Shown here: one piece after another, positions 1 through 13,149 of the stretch
Layout: each line of letters opens with the position of its first letter
Numbering within the stretch: position 1 is the first letter of the stretch
Assembly (NCBI RefSeq): GCF_006345805.1
Contig: NW_021834473.1
Span: forward strand, 1 to 48,083
Direction of reading: 5' to 3'
Length of the DNA: 48,083 nucleotides
DNA from: Octopus sinensis
Lineage: Eukaryota
Translations under genes and position numbers: made by a program
The notes under the pieces: generated by a model
The model's database searches: none
What the model was told of the DNA's origin: nothing
The model's input: only the letters and a program-made list of their open reading frames with translations

Positions 1-235
1 GATAAGTAATCACAGCACAACTTGTTGACAGGAAGAATGATGAAACTGATATAATAGACAAAACAACAAATATCGCGAAATCTTGAGAAAATCGTTTTTG
101 TTTTCGAAATACTAAATACCAAGGATAGCATTCGACGATATCTACAAATCACTATCACCAGGCTTTTGTTCCTGGAATTTTTAGAGCCATTTACATACCT
201 CTACCAACATGCGCCTATGTTAACTTTCCTGACTT

Positions 236-244
236 GTATATATT

Positions 245-332
<88 letters not shown>

Positions 333-445
333 GTATATATATGTATATATAATATATATATATATATGTATGTATATATGTGTGTATATATATATATATG
401 TGTGTGTGTGTGTATATATGTATATATATGTATGTATATATGTGC

Positions 446-478
<33 letters not shown>
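236..478. repeat. (TA)n/(TG)n compound microsatellite
   Basis: Directly visible; source of the YI/IY ORFs in the track. Similar (TA)n tracts recur at about 2760, 4010, 5170, 6290, 9180, 11000, 11400, 12310, 14250, 18620, 19170, 19620, 23840, 25140-25960, 31010, 34690, 44340 and 47300-47600. Confidence 0.97.
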
Positions 479-597
479 TGCCTGTTCCAGCTGATCAGAA
501 CAACGGAACAGTCTGCTCATGAAATTAACGTGCAAGTGTCTGAGTATTCCAAAGACATGTGTAACACAAACGTAGTCCCCTTCATCATGAAGGATCC

Positions 598-690
598 CTT
601 TCCTGACGAAAGGGACATTGTCCGCATGGTTTGTAAAATTTTTACTAATTTTACCACTTGGACACGAACTCTGAAAACAGCCGTAGAAAG
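598..690 (+). ncRNA. Type I hammerhead ribozyme-like motif with long stem II (one extra A in stem III)
   Basis: ctttc-CTGACGA(603-609)-A-aggg...gtcc/ggac and gtaaaatt/aattttac helices...ctct-GAAA(673-676)-a-cagcc-GTA(683-685)-gaaag; stem I ctttc/gaaag pairs 5/5. Confidence 0.6.
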
Positions 691-1777
691 TGGACTTTCA
701 GGAACTGTACTATATACCTCATATACTATTTATATATTTAAAAAGAACATATTGATATCTATAGATCTTCTAACTGAAACTGTTAAAGGCTCTTTATTTT
801 AGTACAACAAAAATTTTATTGGTTCTCTTTTCCTCACGCTTCTTTTTATACGAACCCCACACAGGTTTTATTTACATGTATTTTTATGCATATTTATATC
901 TATATTTTATAAGTATTTTTTAAAATATTCATATGTGTCGATATATATTAATATATGTATGCGCATTTTAAGTCGAACTTATATTCGTATTAATATGATT
1001 GCCTGATTTGAGTTTATCTTAATTAATTGCCTAATTTCATTTTATCTTATCTTAATTCTTATCTTTTGTCTCGGGTGCGAACCAAGCAATTCTTAATCAG
1101 TTCTACATTTTTTGCACGAAGGTACAATAATATTACATGCATACATTCATACATGCATACATTCATACATGCATACCTACATATACGGCGCCTAACCACC
1201 AGGATATTTTGGCTCATTGACTGGCGAGTAAAACTCAGCTGCGAATACTCCGTGTATCGTCTATTTGTCTAAATTTCCCGTCCGTTAAGCTTTCGCTTAT
1301 TTTCCCGTTTGCTCTGCTTTCGTCTAACCTATTTCCATTACTTTCTGTCCAACCCTTGATATATGCATGCATACATACATATATTCAAATCGTTATATCC
1401 CGACATATGTTTCGAAGAAGACTTTGAAAATATTCCGGAGGGACTAAAATGATGTAAAACAATTCAAACATCTCCCCAGGGAAAAAAAAAGAGAAACAAA
1501 CCAATAATCCATTTTAACTGAATGTGATTATCGCGTATATGAAAAGGGAGAACGCTGGCAAGTTAATTCTTCAAAAACCGTTAATATATTTAGTGTCTAA
1601 GTCAATTTAAAGAAACAGAAGGGGGAGAAAGAAAGAAATTAACAGAAAATTAAGAGTGGAGAAATATAGTGTGATAGATGAATGGGAATAAAGCTTAAAA
1701 GCATGGGAACAGATGTATGTAGTGGAAAAGAAATGTAAGAAGACAGTTAAAGGTCGAATTTTATAGATTATTAGAAA

Positions 1778-2760
1778 TTACTTAAAGGAACTAAAGGTAT
1801 GTTTTTGCCGATGTTGGCAGCGAGAAATGCGTTCTTTAAACGTGTTTACAAGAGAATTCTCCGAGCACAGAATGAGATATTGTTCTTCGTTACAGAACAA
1901 ACAAAAAGATTTACCATTATCATATGGAAAGGATGTAGACAGAATATTCCATTCCAAATAAAGTTGTTTATTATGTTCCTTTAGAGACAAAATTAATTTA
2001 CTAAGCCCAGTATTGTTGCGTTTATTATTATGTCTAACTGGAATTAATTTTACATTGATAAACAGTGTTTATAGGCTTAGAATTACTGCTAATAAACGAA
2101 TGCGATTAGAATTTATATCAGAAATACTAATATTGTTGTTATTATTGATGAAAGAATGGTTGGTGCTAATAAAATCAATGTTATTTTCATTAAGTGGATT
2201 TGTATCTAAAACTTTATTGTTATGCGAAGAGATGATTTGTGAAAGCATTTTGTTGTTTGAAAACACTATTCTAATGCGGTGTCAATTGATAATGGAATGG
2301 CGTTTTGAATTTTTAGTTAAGGAGTTTGGATTTGATCTGGTTACCATATGGAATTATCAACCAAACAGTTTTACTAGAACATACCTTGTTATTAGGGTAA
2401 TTATCCTTAAAAGTTCTAGATTAACTCTTACAATGTAAAAAAGAGACTGGTTTAATTCCATTAACATAAAGAAGTTTATCCAGTACGACATTTCTAGTTA
2501 CTATTCCTCTATTAACCCAATTGTACTCAACAAAGCGCTCTGGTTCGCACAGAACAATGCAGGTCTCACCAGAGATTACCTTCGTTTAACTCCATTTCTT
2601 AATTTATCCATGTTAAACAAAAAACTTTTCACTAAACCCTGGAATTTCTAACTTTATAAGCGACTGCAACATCCTTGGCACTTATGCGAAATTTTGCTCT
2701 CCTGGTAACTAGTTTTTATTTTTTCCGTGTTATTCGTACACATTGAAAAACTACGCATGC
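1778..2760 (-). mobile_element. Penelope-like element remnant: RT-EN linker and internally deleted GIY-YIG endonuclease C-terminus
   Basis: Minus-strand peptides KTVWLIIPYG, SQIISSHNNKVL, TVYQCKI, KRNNTGLSKLILSLKE, WNILSTSFPYDNGKSFCLFCNEEQYLIL..SRCQHRQK match the PLE linker/EN C-terminal pattern also seen at 41.3 and 45.5 kb. The YIG segment is missing. Confidence 0.75.
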
Positions 2761-2781
2761 ATATATATATATATATAGATA

Positions 2782-2825
<44 letters not shown>

Positions 2826-3187
2826 CGTGTGGTAAGAAGCTGCCTTCCAAATCACATGCGTGGCAGTATGGGCAAGTGTCTCCTAGTACAGCCGCGAGCC
2901 GACCAAACTTTTGTGAGTGGATTTAGAGGATGGAAACTGAAAAAAGCCCGTTGTATGCATGTATCTATGTGTGAGTGTGTATGCCTGTCTGTGTGCGTGT
3001 GTCTTTGTACCTGTGTTTGTCCCCAGCCACCACTTGACATTCAGTGTTGGTCTGTTTACGTCCACCGCGATAAAATAAGTATCAAGCGTGAAATCAAAAT
3101 AAACTTCTTGAAGAGGGTGCTCCAGTATGGTCGCAATGGATTGACTGAAACACGTAAAAGACTGACAGAAAGAATAAAAGAATAAAA
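2826..3187 (+). mobile_element. SINE family A (tRNA-like head, CORE-like segment, microsatellite, conserved tail), diverged copy
   Basis: tgggcaagtgtc...gccgaccaaa...gtgagtggatt...gaaactgaaa head and gtgctccagtatggtcgca...tgactgaaac tail, homologous to the copies at 16876, 17890, 32645 and 34981. Confidence 0.85.
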
Positions 3188-3535
3188 GACTACGCCCTCA
3201 CAAATATTTTCTAATCGCTTTCAGGTTGAGAAACACAACAAGCCAATAAATAACCTGTAAATTGCATTGCCGTTCTGTTAGGCTTGACACCCAAATTACG
3301 GTACAGTAAAATAGTATGGAAAGAAACAATGAAAGATATATATATATAAAAAAGAATAGAAAAAGAAACAAACCGAATTTGTAGCTGAATGAAAAGAAGT
3401 AAACAGACATTCTTTACCATGTGTTGAACATCTGCATATAAATTATTTCAACTGTCTTGCTGCCGCTATTGTTGTTGTTGTTGTCGGTGGTGCTTCTTCT
3501 ATTACTAATATATATAATAAACGTTTCTACTAAAA

Positions 3536-3970
3536 GCACAAGGCCTGGATTTTAGTAGGAAGGAGGGCAATAGATCACATCGACCCCAGTACTTGACTGG
3601 TACTTGATTTATCAACCCCAAAAGGATGAAAAGCAAATGATGAAATGGTGGTAAGCATTTCTTCCGGCGTGCTAACGATTCTTTTCTACTCTAAGCACAG
3701 GACCCGAAATTTTGGGAGAGGGGACCAGTCGATTAGATTGATCCCAGTAAGCAAAACTGGTACTTATTTTATCGACCTCGAAATAATAAAAAGCGAAATC
3801 GACGTCGGCAGAATTTGAACTCAGAACATAAAGACATAACGAAATACCTATTTCTTTACTACCCACAAGGGGCTAAACATAAAGAAGACAAGCAAGGACA
3901 GACAAACGGATTAAGTCGATTATATCGATCCCAGTGTGTATTGCTTTACCCCTGGTATTCGAGTACTATT
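3536..3970 (-). mobile_element. Cluster of 2-3 SINE family B fragments
   Basis: Repeated atcgaccccag...ctggtacttattttatcgacc..gaaa..atgaaa..gcaaa..gaatttgaactcagaac core shared with 15166, 27920 and 28102. Confidence 0.75.
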
Positions 3971-4005
3971 TTTTCCACCTTGTTTCGCATTTATGTACTT
4001 ACTCT

Positions 4006-4046
<41 letters not shown>

Positions 4047-4059
4047 CAGTACTAAATTC

Positions 4060-4700
4060 TGTTGGCGTTGGAATATTATTTTTGAAAACATTATTAAATT
4101 ATTATTGACCTATTCCAGAATAATTTATTGATAACATATTCTCTCAGATGGACATGTTGCTGTATAAATTCAATATTCCGAGATTATTATTTGAAAACAG
4201 CTCTGCGAAGAGCATTCCCACGCAATATAATATTCATGTTAGAGGTTTAGGCAAAAGTTTATGAGATATATTACATCAAAAAGTTCATAAGCATTTTAGC
4301 ACAAAGTGAATGATGTGTTAAAATATAGAACCAAATCTCCTTGAAATTATGCCACACACATTCGATTGATTGAATGAAGTAAGCTGCATCTTTTCAAACA
4401 AAAATATAACACAGCAGAGGGATTTTGGTTCTAAAAGAAATTTATCTTACATCTCCTTCATCTGTCGTAACCCTAGTATAAATTCCATTAATGTACAGTT
4501 ATATCTATCGTTTCTGGAGTACATATTTCTCATTGGCGATTTTATAGAATTGTTTTCGTGAACCTTGGGAATAAAGTATTGTGGTTTTGTAATATTGTGA
4601 AATATTGCAAAGTAGCCGATGGTTTAATAGGTTTCAGATTATATTGTTGAGCTGTTTTGATGCATACATTTCTGAAACTCTCACTGGTTCTTCGCTGCAA
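4060..4700 (-). mobile_element. Highly decayed PLE reverse-transcriptase fragment
   Basis: Minus-strand KPQYFIPKVHENNSIKSPMR (PKVH at 4569-4558) resembles the PLE PKxHK..P.RPI motif; downstream LFDV and NNVF occur in the expected order; many stops. Confidence 0.4.
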
Positions 4701-6282
4701 AGTTGTCCCTGTTAGCATGTTTATATTAAGTTCAAAGCCCTTCCATTAATTCTAAATATCAAAGTTACTTTAATCCTTTAAACTGAAAAGGATATTCATT
4801 TTTTATTAAACTCCCAAAATTCATATTTTCCAAAGTGAATTGCATCTCAGGGAGATGTGTATCAACGTTTACAATATATTCACACAAGGCTGCTAAGATG
4901 TTTGAATAAAACGATATTCTTCAGAGAAAATAAATTTGTTTATATCAAACATTGAATGTCCGATCTCGAGGTGCATTATTTTGAGAAAGTGTCTTGTGAC
5001 TTATAGCCTTGCATTGACCAATGCTAGTGTGAATAAAACATGCCTCAAGGAATCTACGGGAAAGAAATATTACAAACATGCTATTATACACGCATACATA
5101 CGTATGTCTATACATATACATATGTATGGAGACGCACACACTAAAATACATATATGTGTCTATCTATATACGTATATATATATATATATATATATTATAT
5201 TATATATATATATATAATATATATATATAATATATATATACATACATACATACATACATACATACATACATAACACACAGACATGTGTATGTGAGTAGGA
5301 ATATCGAATTATTGGGGAAGTGCAAAAGAATCAGCATTGATGCCAATTGAAATATGGCTTAATAAAGATTCCTCGGAATATATTCCCAAGCGTGGCACTG
5401 GCATATTAAATTTCACCAGAATAGAAAATACTCTTATGGAAAAATGTTCGCGGGTTGAACAACTATATATATATATAATAGAAATATGTTACAAAAAGAA
5501 AATAGAAACTACACGTCACGTGGAAATGTCAGTGGAAAGTAAAAAAAAAATTAACGAAAATTCACATTGTAAATAAAAAAAGAAGAGGCTTTTTTATGAA
5601 AGGTAACGACAGATATATACATTTAGATGGACTGATATATATATATATATCGAATGTACAACAGGAAGGCACAGTCACATATAAACGTAGGCACAGACAC
5701 ATACATATCTACGACCATACAGACACACACGCACGTGCACACATACAAACACACATACACATGTACTTATATAAACGCATGTGTGTGTTTGTATGTATAT
5801 AAGTATATATATATATACACACACACGCACATATATATTCTTGTATGAGAAAAAGAAAATTGAAAATACATGCTCACATACACATGCTTGCACGTGACCA
5901 TACACCACACATATGCACATACAAACACATGCGCACTGACACGTATTTGACAGGTCACTCTTTCCACCCACGCCTCAAACCTGCTGCTTCCTATTATGGT
6001 GTTTTCAGCATGTTCTCATTGTTTGATTCTGACAGTTTTTTTTTTGTGCCTCCAATATTTTTCTATACTCATCGATCATTTTGTTCTTTCATTACCTCAT
6101 CTTTTTGTTGTTTCTGTTTTAATTTCTAGGACATCGATACATATATATGTAAGTATAAATCTCTCGCTCTCTCTCGCTCTCTCTGTACATATTATATATA
6201 TGTATGTAGATATATATGTATATGGAAGCATACATGTTTATATGCATATATATATTATATATATATATTATATATATATATT

Positions 6283-6322
<40 letters not shown>

Positions 6323-6519
6323 TATAGATTATATATAATAATATATATATATATAATATAGAAATATAAATTAGAGATAAAACCACTATTATGCAGCTCA
6401 AACAGTGATAAACATAAACCAAAATATAAATAACAAATGATATATATGTTTATAAAACATATAACTTATAACTAGATATCAAAAAATATATAAATGAATG
6501 ATCAATATATAATAAGTAC

Positions 6520-6925
6520 CTATTATGTTTTAGGCTGACAATTCTTTGTTTTACAACATTGAAGAGTTACATCTTCACTTTTCGAAGTGCAATTCATTGT
6601 GTCTTACTACATTGTGAGTTTTCTCTTGTGAATCAATTTTTTTGTGAACCCATGGACAAATAAAAATTCGCATTGTTTTTGATTATGAGTTTCGTCGTGG
6701 GATCAATGCATCTCAGAGAGCTCGAAACAGCAACGATGTGTTGGTAAGGATGTGGTGATTGAGCACACTATACGTCGGTGTTTCGAGAAGTTCCGGTCTT
6801 GTGACTTTACTCTTAAAATTCATCCCCGTGGTAGACCTGAGACCAAGGTGGATAATGATCAGCTGGAAACTGTAGTAGAAGCAGATCTTAAACTAAGCAT
6901 GAGTTAGCAGACATGCAATACAATA
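6520..6925 (+). mobile_element. mariner transposase 5' remnant (HTH region), pseudogenised
   Basis: From ATG 6652: MDK*KIRIVFDYEFRRGINASQRARNSNDV/GKDVVIEHTIRRCFEKFRSCDFTLKIHPRGRPETKVDNDQLETVVEAD. This is the classic mariner N-terminus with GRP and VDNDQL motifs; one stop and one frameshift. Confidence 0.88.
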
Positions 6926-6990
6926 GGAATACAAAATTGCTGATCATTAGTAAGGAAAGATACACAAAATAGAAAGAAGAAAGCAAAGGA

Positions 6991-7030
6991 CCACTGATGA
7001 GGTCACAGAAGTGTGACGAAAGAACTGTGG
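6991..7030 (+). ncRNA. Minimal hammerhead motif with non-cleavable CUG triplet
   Basis: cca-CTGATGA(6994-7000)-g-gtcac-agaagt-gtgac-GAAA-g-aa-CTG-tgg; stems I and II pair, H position is G. Lies about 200 bp upstream of a same-strand PLE RT fragment. Confidence 0.6.
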
Positions 7031-7199
7031 CCGAAATACGATTAACATAAAGCTGAAGCAAATGAACATCAAATATATAGTGCGTGTGTTTTTATTGACT
7101 AAACTGGCAACATGACCATCCCCAAATACAACAATATCTGTTTCAACACACACACATCAAGAATCTTGCAAAACGAATATATAAAGGTATATATAAAAT

Positions 7200-7720
7200 G
7201 TTTAACATTAAGGTAAAGAATTACTTAATTCGCTTTATACATATTAGAGGGAAACCACTATGTGGACACCCTTATACTAGAAATAGATCCGCTATGGTCT
7301 TACCACTAAGAAATGTTCTCAAGAAAAATTTAGCAAAACAACCGAAACATAATCGTCTGATGAACCTCCTTGACCTTATCCTAAAACCACTATGTAGTCA
7401 CATACTCTGTTTCCTTCGGGACATCATCGATTTCCTGTCACATCTGCTCAAAACAACAGAATCCAATTCAATGTTAGTTTTGATGTAACAAACTTATATA
7501 CGAACATTTCACGTGATTTGGGAATCACTGCCATAAAATATTGGTTCGAGAAACATACAGGAGTGATTTCCAGTAGATTTACTGTAACCTTCATTCTAAA
7601 TGCGGTCAACCTTATCCTCGAAAATAATGCATTATTTTTTAACGGAAAAAAACTACCTCCAAATTCGAGGCACTGCTATGGGGAGCGATTTGCTCAAGTT
7701 TTCATGGGCACAGTACATAA
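7200..7720 (+). mobile_element. PLE reverse-transcriptase fragment (frameshifted)
   Basis: Joined frames give LLDLILKPLCSHILCFLRDIIDFL...FDVTNLYTNIS..LGITAIKYW...ILENNALFFNGK.NYLQIRGTAMGS. FDVxxLYTNI and YxQxxGxAMG are hallmark PLE RT motifs. Confidence 0.88.
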
Positions 7721-8502
7721 TTTTTCAGATTAGTAAGCCTTTTAAAGTATGTTTGTGTGTGTGTGCGTGCGTGTGTACATGTGTGTGTGCATGTGTGTTC
7801 GTGTATGTTCGTGTGTGCGTGTCTATGAATATACGAGTGTGGCTGTTCGCTAAGGTGGAGGAAAGTACACAGAGCAGCGAGTAAATTAGTGCGAAACCCC
7901 GGTGACAAAAAAAAATATTTGCTTTCTGTCCTTATTAAGACCGACTTCACGGAGGAACATCCTTATTCCTCTCCTCACAGCGTCTCACATACAGCGAACC
8001 AACGATTGTTCTGTCGAAAACCTACCACTAAAGACGCCATTTTTCATAGAAAAATAACCATATTCAAAGCTGAGTTACTCAAGAAGAATGAAAGCAAGAC
8101 TGAAATAATAGGAGGTAGATAAATATATGCAAGTCTTTTCTATGACCGTAGCTTTATTGTTGATTACGTAGCCGATATAATTGTTGGACAGCTTCAATGG
8201 TGACAGCCTTACTTAAATCTGATCTTTTCATCTGGAAAACACGATATGTGCATTAGAGACAATCGGAATATATTCCATTGTCTTATACATTCCAGACAGT
8301 GAAATAGGTAAGAATTATAATATAAACAGACGCATAAACGCTCTGACATACGCGCGCATGGTAGATATAAATGTACTGAGATGCGTGCGAGCATACACAG
8401 GTTTCAGCACGTTTACTGTATACAGCTAATGGGAAGATGTATGCTAACTAATAACATATGCTCATAAGTTTGCGTTCCATTTTATATATATCCTAACGCT
8501 TT

Positions 8503-8524
8503 GTAATAATAATAATAATAATAA

Positions 8525-8555
<31 letters not shown>

Positions 8556-8600
8556 AAGAAGAAGAAGAAGAGAAGAAGAAGAAGAAGAAGAATGATAATA
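8503..8600. repeat. (AAT)n-(AAG)n microsatellite
   Basis: Directly visible; abuts the element at 8601. Confidence 0.95.
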
Positions 8601-8986
8601 ATAAATGCCCTGATGCAGTACTAGGCTGTGGCTCTTGTGGCTTCTGATCTTAACTGATTGGAGGTGTCATCATGTACATTGCTTTTGTCTTGATATAAAA
8701 GATGGGCTACAGCAAATATTTTGCTCAATACCACAGATTTGCTTGTCAGGTGTTTGACCTTAACCAGTTGACCACGTTCCTTAGTGGCTACAGATATGTG
8801 CATCTCTGATCACGAGGAGAAGTAGTGGGGAGCATCATAGCCGTGTGTTGAGAAGGATTATTTGGGGTTTGAATAATTCACCTCTAGAAACATGGGTATT
8901 TCGTTCAACATCTTTAAACAACCCTTATTCAGGGACCTTTTGAGCGGGATGGGTTACTCGACCAGAAGTCATGTGCTGTTTATCTT
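8601..8986 (+). mobile_element. Non-coding interspersed repeat, 3'-truncated copy of the ~510-bp TAA-associated element
   Basis: Reverse-complement match to about 21960-22320 (ttaactgattgg..gatgggctacagcaaat..cagggaccttttgagcgggatggg..tactcga), with one internal deletion. Confidence 0.85.
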
Positions 8987-9185
8987 CCAACTTCACTTGT
9001 ATCATGTGGTTTGTGGAAAGAAAAAGTCACATGTTTCTATATGTTCGCTGAATCAGTATTTAGTATTGTATTATCCATATAATTCCAAATGGGGTGATTA
9101 TAATCAATATAAGCAACAATGATATCCATGAAACGACCGTACTGCATTACCTCTGGATAGCCTTGTTGCTTATTTTGATTATATA

Positions 9186-9233
<48 letters not shown>

Positions 9234-9625
9234 TTATTCACGTGACTTCTTATTAGAAAAACACATATGACAAAATCTCATCTCAAATAGATGGTGAAAA
9301 AATAATGAGCAAACAGTCAAACGTCGTAATGTCGTTATCAGACGAAATATCGGTTCTAAAGATACTTTTTCTAGACTAGTGTATTTCTTTCTCAGAGATT
9401 AGCAATAATAAGGCAATTTCATGTCAGAATACCGAAAGAATCTATTTCCTTGGTGATGAGCAGACGTAATTCATAAAAAAATAATAGGAAAATATCGTAA
9501 TCGAAATTTCAGCAGGCTGTTCTCTGACGCTGAGGAAATTTGATGGCAGTATGATAAGGTAATTATGATTTATTATGAAATATATATTATCTCTCACAGT
9601 CAGAAATTTCACTCACTCTATCTCC

Positions 9626-9670
<45 letters not shown>

Positions 9671-10563
9671 TGCTATATATGTATATATATGTAAGTATAT
9701 ACAGACATACATAGAGAAATACATATATATATATATATGTTGGCCTGCTCTCTTAGCCAGCGGGGTGGCGTCATTTGAAGGTTAAAACAATGCGAAGCGC
9801 ATTGTGACCAGCGATGTGTAGCAACATCTGATAGCCTGGTCGGTCACGGTGATATATATATATATATATACATATATAAACAAATATACACACATACATT
9901 GAGAAATAGATAGATAGAAAGCGGAATGAACGACAATTGTTTCGGCGCATACACACACATGCATACACATACACACAAACACACAAACACACACACTTAC
10001 ACATTTAAGTAATTTTAGTAATTTACTACAGTCATGAAAAATATAAATAATAAATATTTTACTTAAGCTTAGATTTAAGTAAAGTGGGTGAAAAGTTAGT
10101 CAAAATATGAAATGTAAACCAATAATAAAAAAAAACCGTAATATTCAATCATTCCATGCTTTTATAATGTTTCAGGACAGACACCATTTATCTAATATAT
10201 CGTGGAAAATAATTCAAGAATTTGGAGAAAAAGTTTTATGATCGATAATCCATACTGATACGCGATGATTTCTTGGATTAATTCCTGTCTTATCTTTGAC
10301 AATGCGAAGCTTCGCTGAAATATAATGGAATTATTAAGCAATATCTGTAGTCTTATAGAATATCTAGTCTTTGTTTTTATTTATATGCGTAACCTTGTAT
10401 ATTTAGTCGAACGCTTCACCTATATTATTTAAACTTTTTCTGATTTCAAACATACAAAGACACACAGACACACACGCAGGCACGCGCACCTGCACCTCTG
10501 CTAAGATGTATACTGGTTTATGCGTTTAAAGATCAGAGTTTTGTTCCATATCTTATATATATA

Positions 10564-10604
<41 letters not shown>

Positions 10605-11075
10605 GCACACACACATTATATATAAATTTGTAAACAAACCCGAAGTCTGTATAATACGGAAAAGAGCGCCACGCATACGATCTTTTTAATTATGACTATA
10701 ATTATAAACGCGCAAAAGTATAATTTAGAGAGTGTTGATATCTTTGTGACAGTGAGTGATTTAAAATATAAACGGTTTCAATGTATTTATCTAATCAAAT
10801 ATCAAAAAGCACATTTTGAGTTCAAAGCGAAGAAAAATTATACCCATGTTTTCATGCTTGGATACATCGAAACCGGTTGCATTTTGAATCCCCTACTGTA
10901 ATAAAAAATGTATTAAGCATTCTCTAAAATATACTTTTGTGCCTTTTCTTACTTAATTCATTTTCTTAACGACATATGTATGTATGTATATATATATATA
11001 TGTATGTATGTATATATATATATATATGTATGTATATATGTATGTATGTATATATGTATGTATATATATATATAT

Positions 11076-11127
<52 letters not shown>

Positions 11128-11397
11128 AATATATATATATAAACATAATAAAATAAGGTAATAATAAACTATTATTACCAGTGGCATAGCACAAAAAACG
11201 AATTAGCCATTAGACTATATATTATTCATATAGAAATACAATAAAAGGCTTCCAAATAAGGGAGTGTTGTGCTAGAACACAAAAAGGATAAATTCATGAA
11301 GCAATGAAAATTATGTTTTTAATTTTCATTCCTTTCATGAATTTACCCCTTTTTCGTGTTCTAACACAACGCTTTCTTATTTAGAAGCCTCTTATTG

Positions 11398-11479
<82 letters not shown>

Positions 11480-11810
11480 TCTATATATATATATCAATGT
11501 ATATGTGTATATAAATATGTATGTATATATATATATATATAAATACACATATGTATCCATATCCATACATTCTTACATAAATACAAAGAAGAAAATAATT
11601 ATTATATCGTTTGCTGGCAATATTTGCTCTATTGAAACTATCAAGAATATCTATTGTTATTTTCTCTTTCCTTGAAAGAATGCGAGAAAACGAGATCTCG
11701 CCGCTGGATGGACGTTGTTTGAATAGGGATGGCAGTAGAAATGAAAATATTTTATATTTTGCATAGCGGTTGAAGCACAGAAAAAAAACCAACAAAAATA
11801 TCAATAACAC

Positions 11811-11811
<1 letters not shown>

Positions 11812-11877
<66 letters not shown>

Positions 11878-11925
11878 AAAAACAACATTAATAATAATAA
11901 TAAGAAGAAGAAGAAGAAGAAGAAG
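11812..11925. repeat. (AAT)n and (AAG)n microsatellites
   Basis: Directly visible; source of the poly-N/poly-L/poly-I ORFs. Confidence 0.95.
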
Positions 11926-12302
11926 ATATCGTTTAAAATGTTTCAATTGTTAATTTACGCAGCCCTTTAAATGGATGGTTGGTACCACTTAAGATTCTAA
12001 AAGAATACGAAAACCGAATATGGAAACGCTATATTCAAAATGTCCGTATTATTTTATTTGTATTCAAAATAAGTAAAGTAGGATTCAACAAAAGAATTTG
12101 TACTTAAATCCATAATGACACAACGTGACATGTTTTGGGATAAAAAGATACTACTTAAAATAAGCGTTATCCAAAACACAAGAGAACATTCTTGCAAACA
12201 TCGTTGTCAGTATTTCTGTGGATTTTACGTGGTTGTGGCAGAGATATGCATTCATTAAGGTTGCTGTTTTGGGTTTGAATCCGTTTTGCAGAACATTCAG
12301 GG

Positions 12303-12345
<43 letters not shown>

Positions 12346-12352
<7 letters not shown>

Positions 12353-12940
12353 CATCAAAAAAAGGGGTAGAATTAATTAATTGTTAATAAATTCGACCAA
12401 GCAGTATTCGGTATGTAAAGACCATTTACGGTATATTTGAAGTATTAATTTATAAAAATATGGTAAAGTAAAAAAATTCACTTTACCACACACCGAACTT
12501 TTCAGAAATAGCAGCCAAAAATTTGGCTATTTCTTCAACTGCAAATAAAAGTCTCCAGACAATGCATACTCAGAAAATAACTCACATAAATCTCTGAGCT
12601 GATGAAGGAAAAGTGGCGTTTTACCCACAAATCCAGAAACATACTGTCCTCGGGTATCGTATATGGATGTGATCTTTCATTGTTTTTCCCTTATACCTAT
12701 GTGAGTTATATTCTGAGTATGCATTGTCTGGAGACTTTTACTTGCAGTTGAAGAAATAGCCAAATTTTTGCCTGCTATTTCTGAAAAGTTCGGTGTGTGG
12801 TAAAGTGAATTTTTTTACTTTACCATATTTTTATAAATTAATACTTCAAATATACCGTAAATGGTCTTTACATACCGAATACTGCTTGGTCGAATTTATT
12901 AACAATTAATTAATTCTACCCCTTTTTTTGATGACAATAT
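12346..12940. repeat. Long inverted repeat: arms 12346-12588 and 12698-12940 (~243 bp, near-identical), 109-bp spacer containing a hammerhead
   Basis: atattgtcatcaaaaaaaggggtagaatt...ctcacata versus tatgtgag...aattctacccctttttttgatgacaatat. Confidence 0.95.
12594..12653 (+). ncRNA. Type I hammerhead ribozyme motif (copy 1)
   Basis: ctgag-CTGATGA(12599-12605)-a-gga..gtgg/ccac..tcc-a-GAAA-ca-tac-tGTC(12648)-ctcgg; stem I 5 bp (one G-U); A.A mismatch at the base of stem II. Confidence 0.72.
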
Positions 12941-13149
12941 AATGCTTTAATCTCCAAGAATTTGAACTGCAGTTTTTACCTCTGTAGAAATGTAATGCTC
13001 TATGACTCACGTGGGTGGACAGGGAGAATAATAGATCTCATTCGTATTTTTGGATTCGCTAGTACTGGGTGTCTGGCATGGTTTGTCCGATGTTACAGAT
13101 ATCGGACGGGTATGTTAGATTCTTAGTATTTTCAAATCTAAATCAGAAG

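Noticed and set aside
1393-1450. Minus-strand GAAAC-ATAT-GTC hammerhead 3' half downstream of the 1778 PLE
   Set aside because: No recognisable CTGANGA; too decayed to call, though its position fits a pLTR.
2013-2438. 141-aa plus-strand hydrophobic ORF (likewise 41778-42086 and 42443-42634)
   Set aside because: Antisense shadows of Asn/Lys-rich PLE linker sequence.
5337-5576. 79-aa ORF MMPIEIWLNKDSSEYIPKRGTG...
   Set aside because: Runs into a TA repeat, has no clear splice signals and no recognisable motif.
9745-9855. GC-richer 110-bp block with an acaatgcg-aag-cgcattgt hairpin between TA tracts
   Set aside because: Probably an interspersed-repeat fragment, but it is single-copy here and cannot be classified.
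10176-10241. Strong acceptor (ttttataatgtttcag) followed by DRHHLSNISWKIIQEFGEKVL*; similar acceptor at 24146
   Set aside because: Short frames with no recognisable homology; such acceptors are common in AT-rich DNA.
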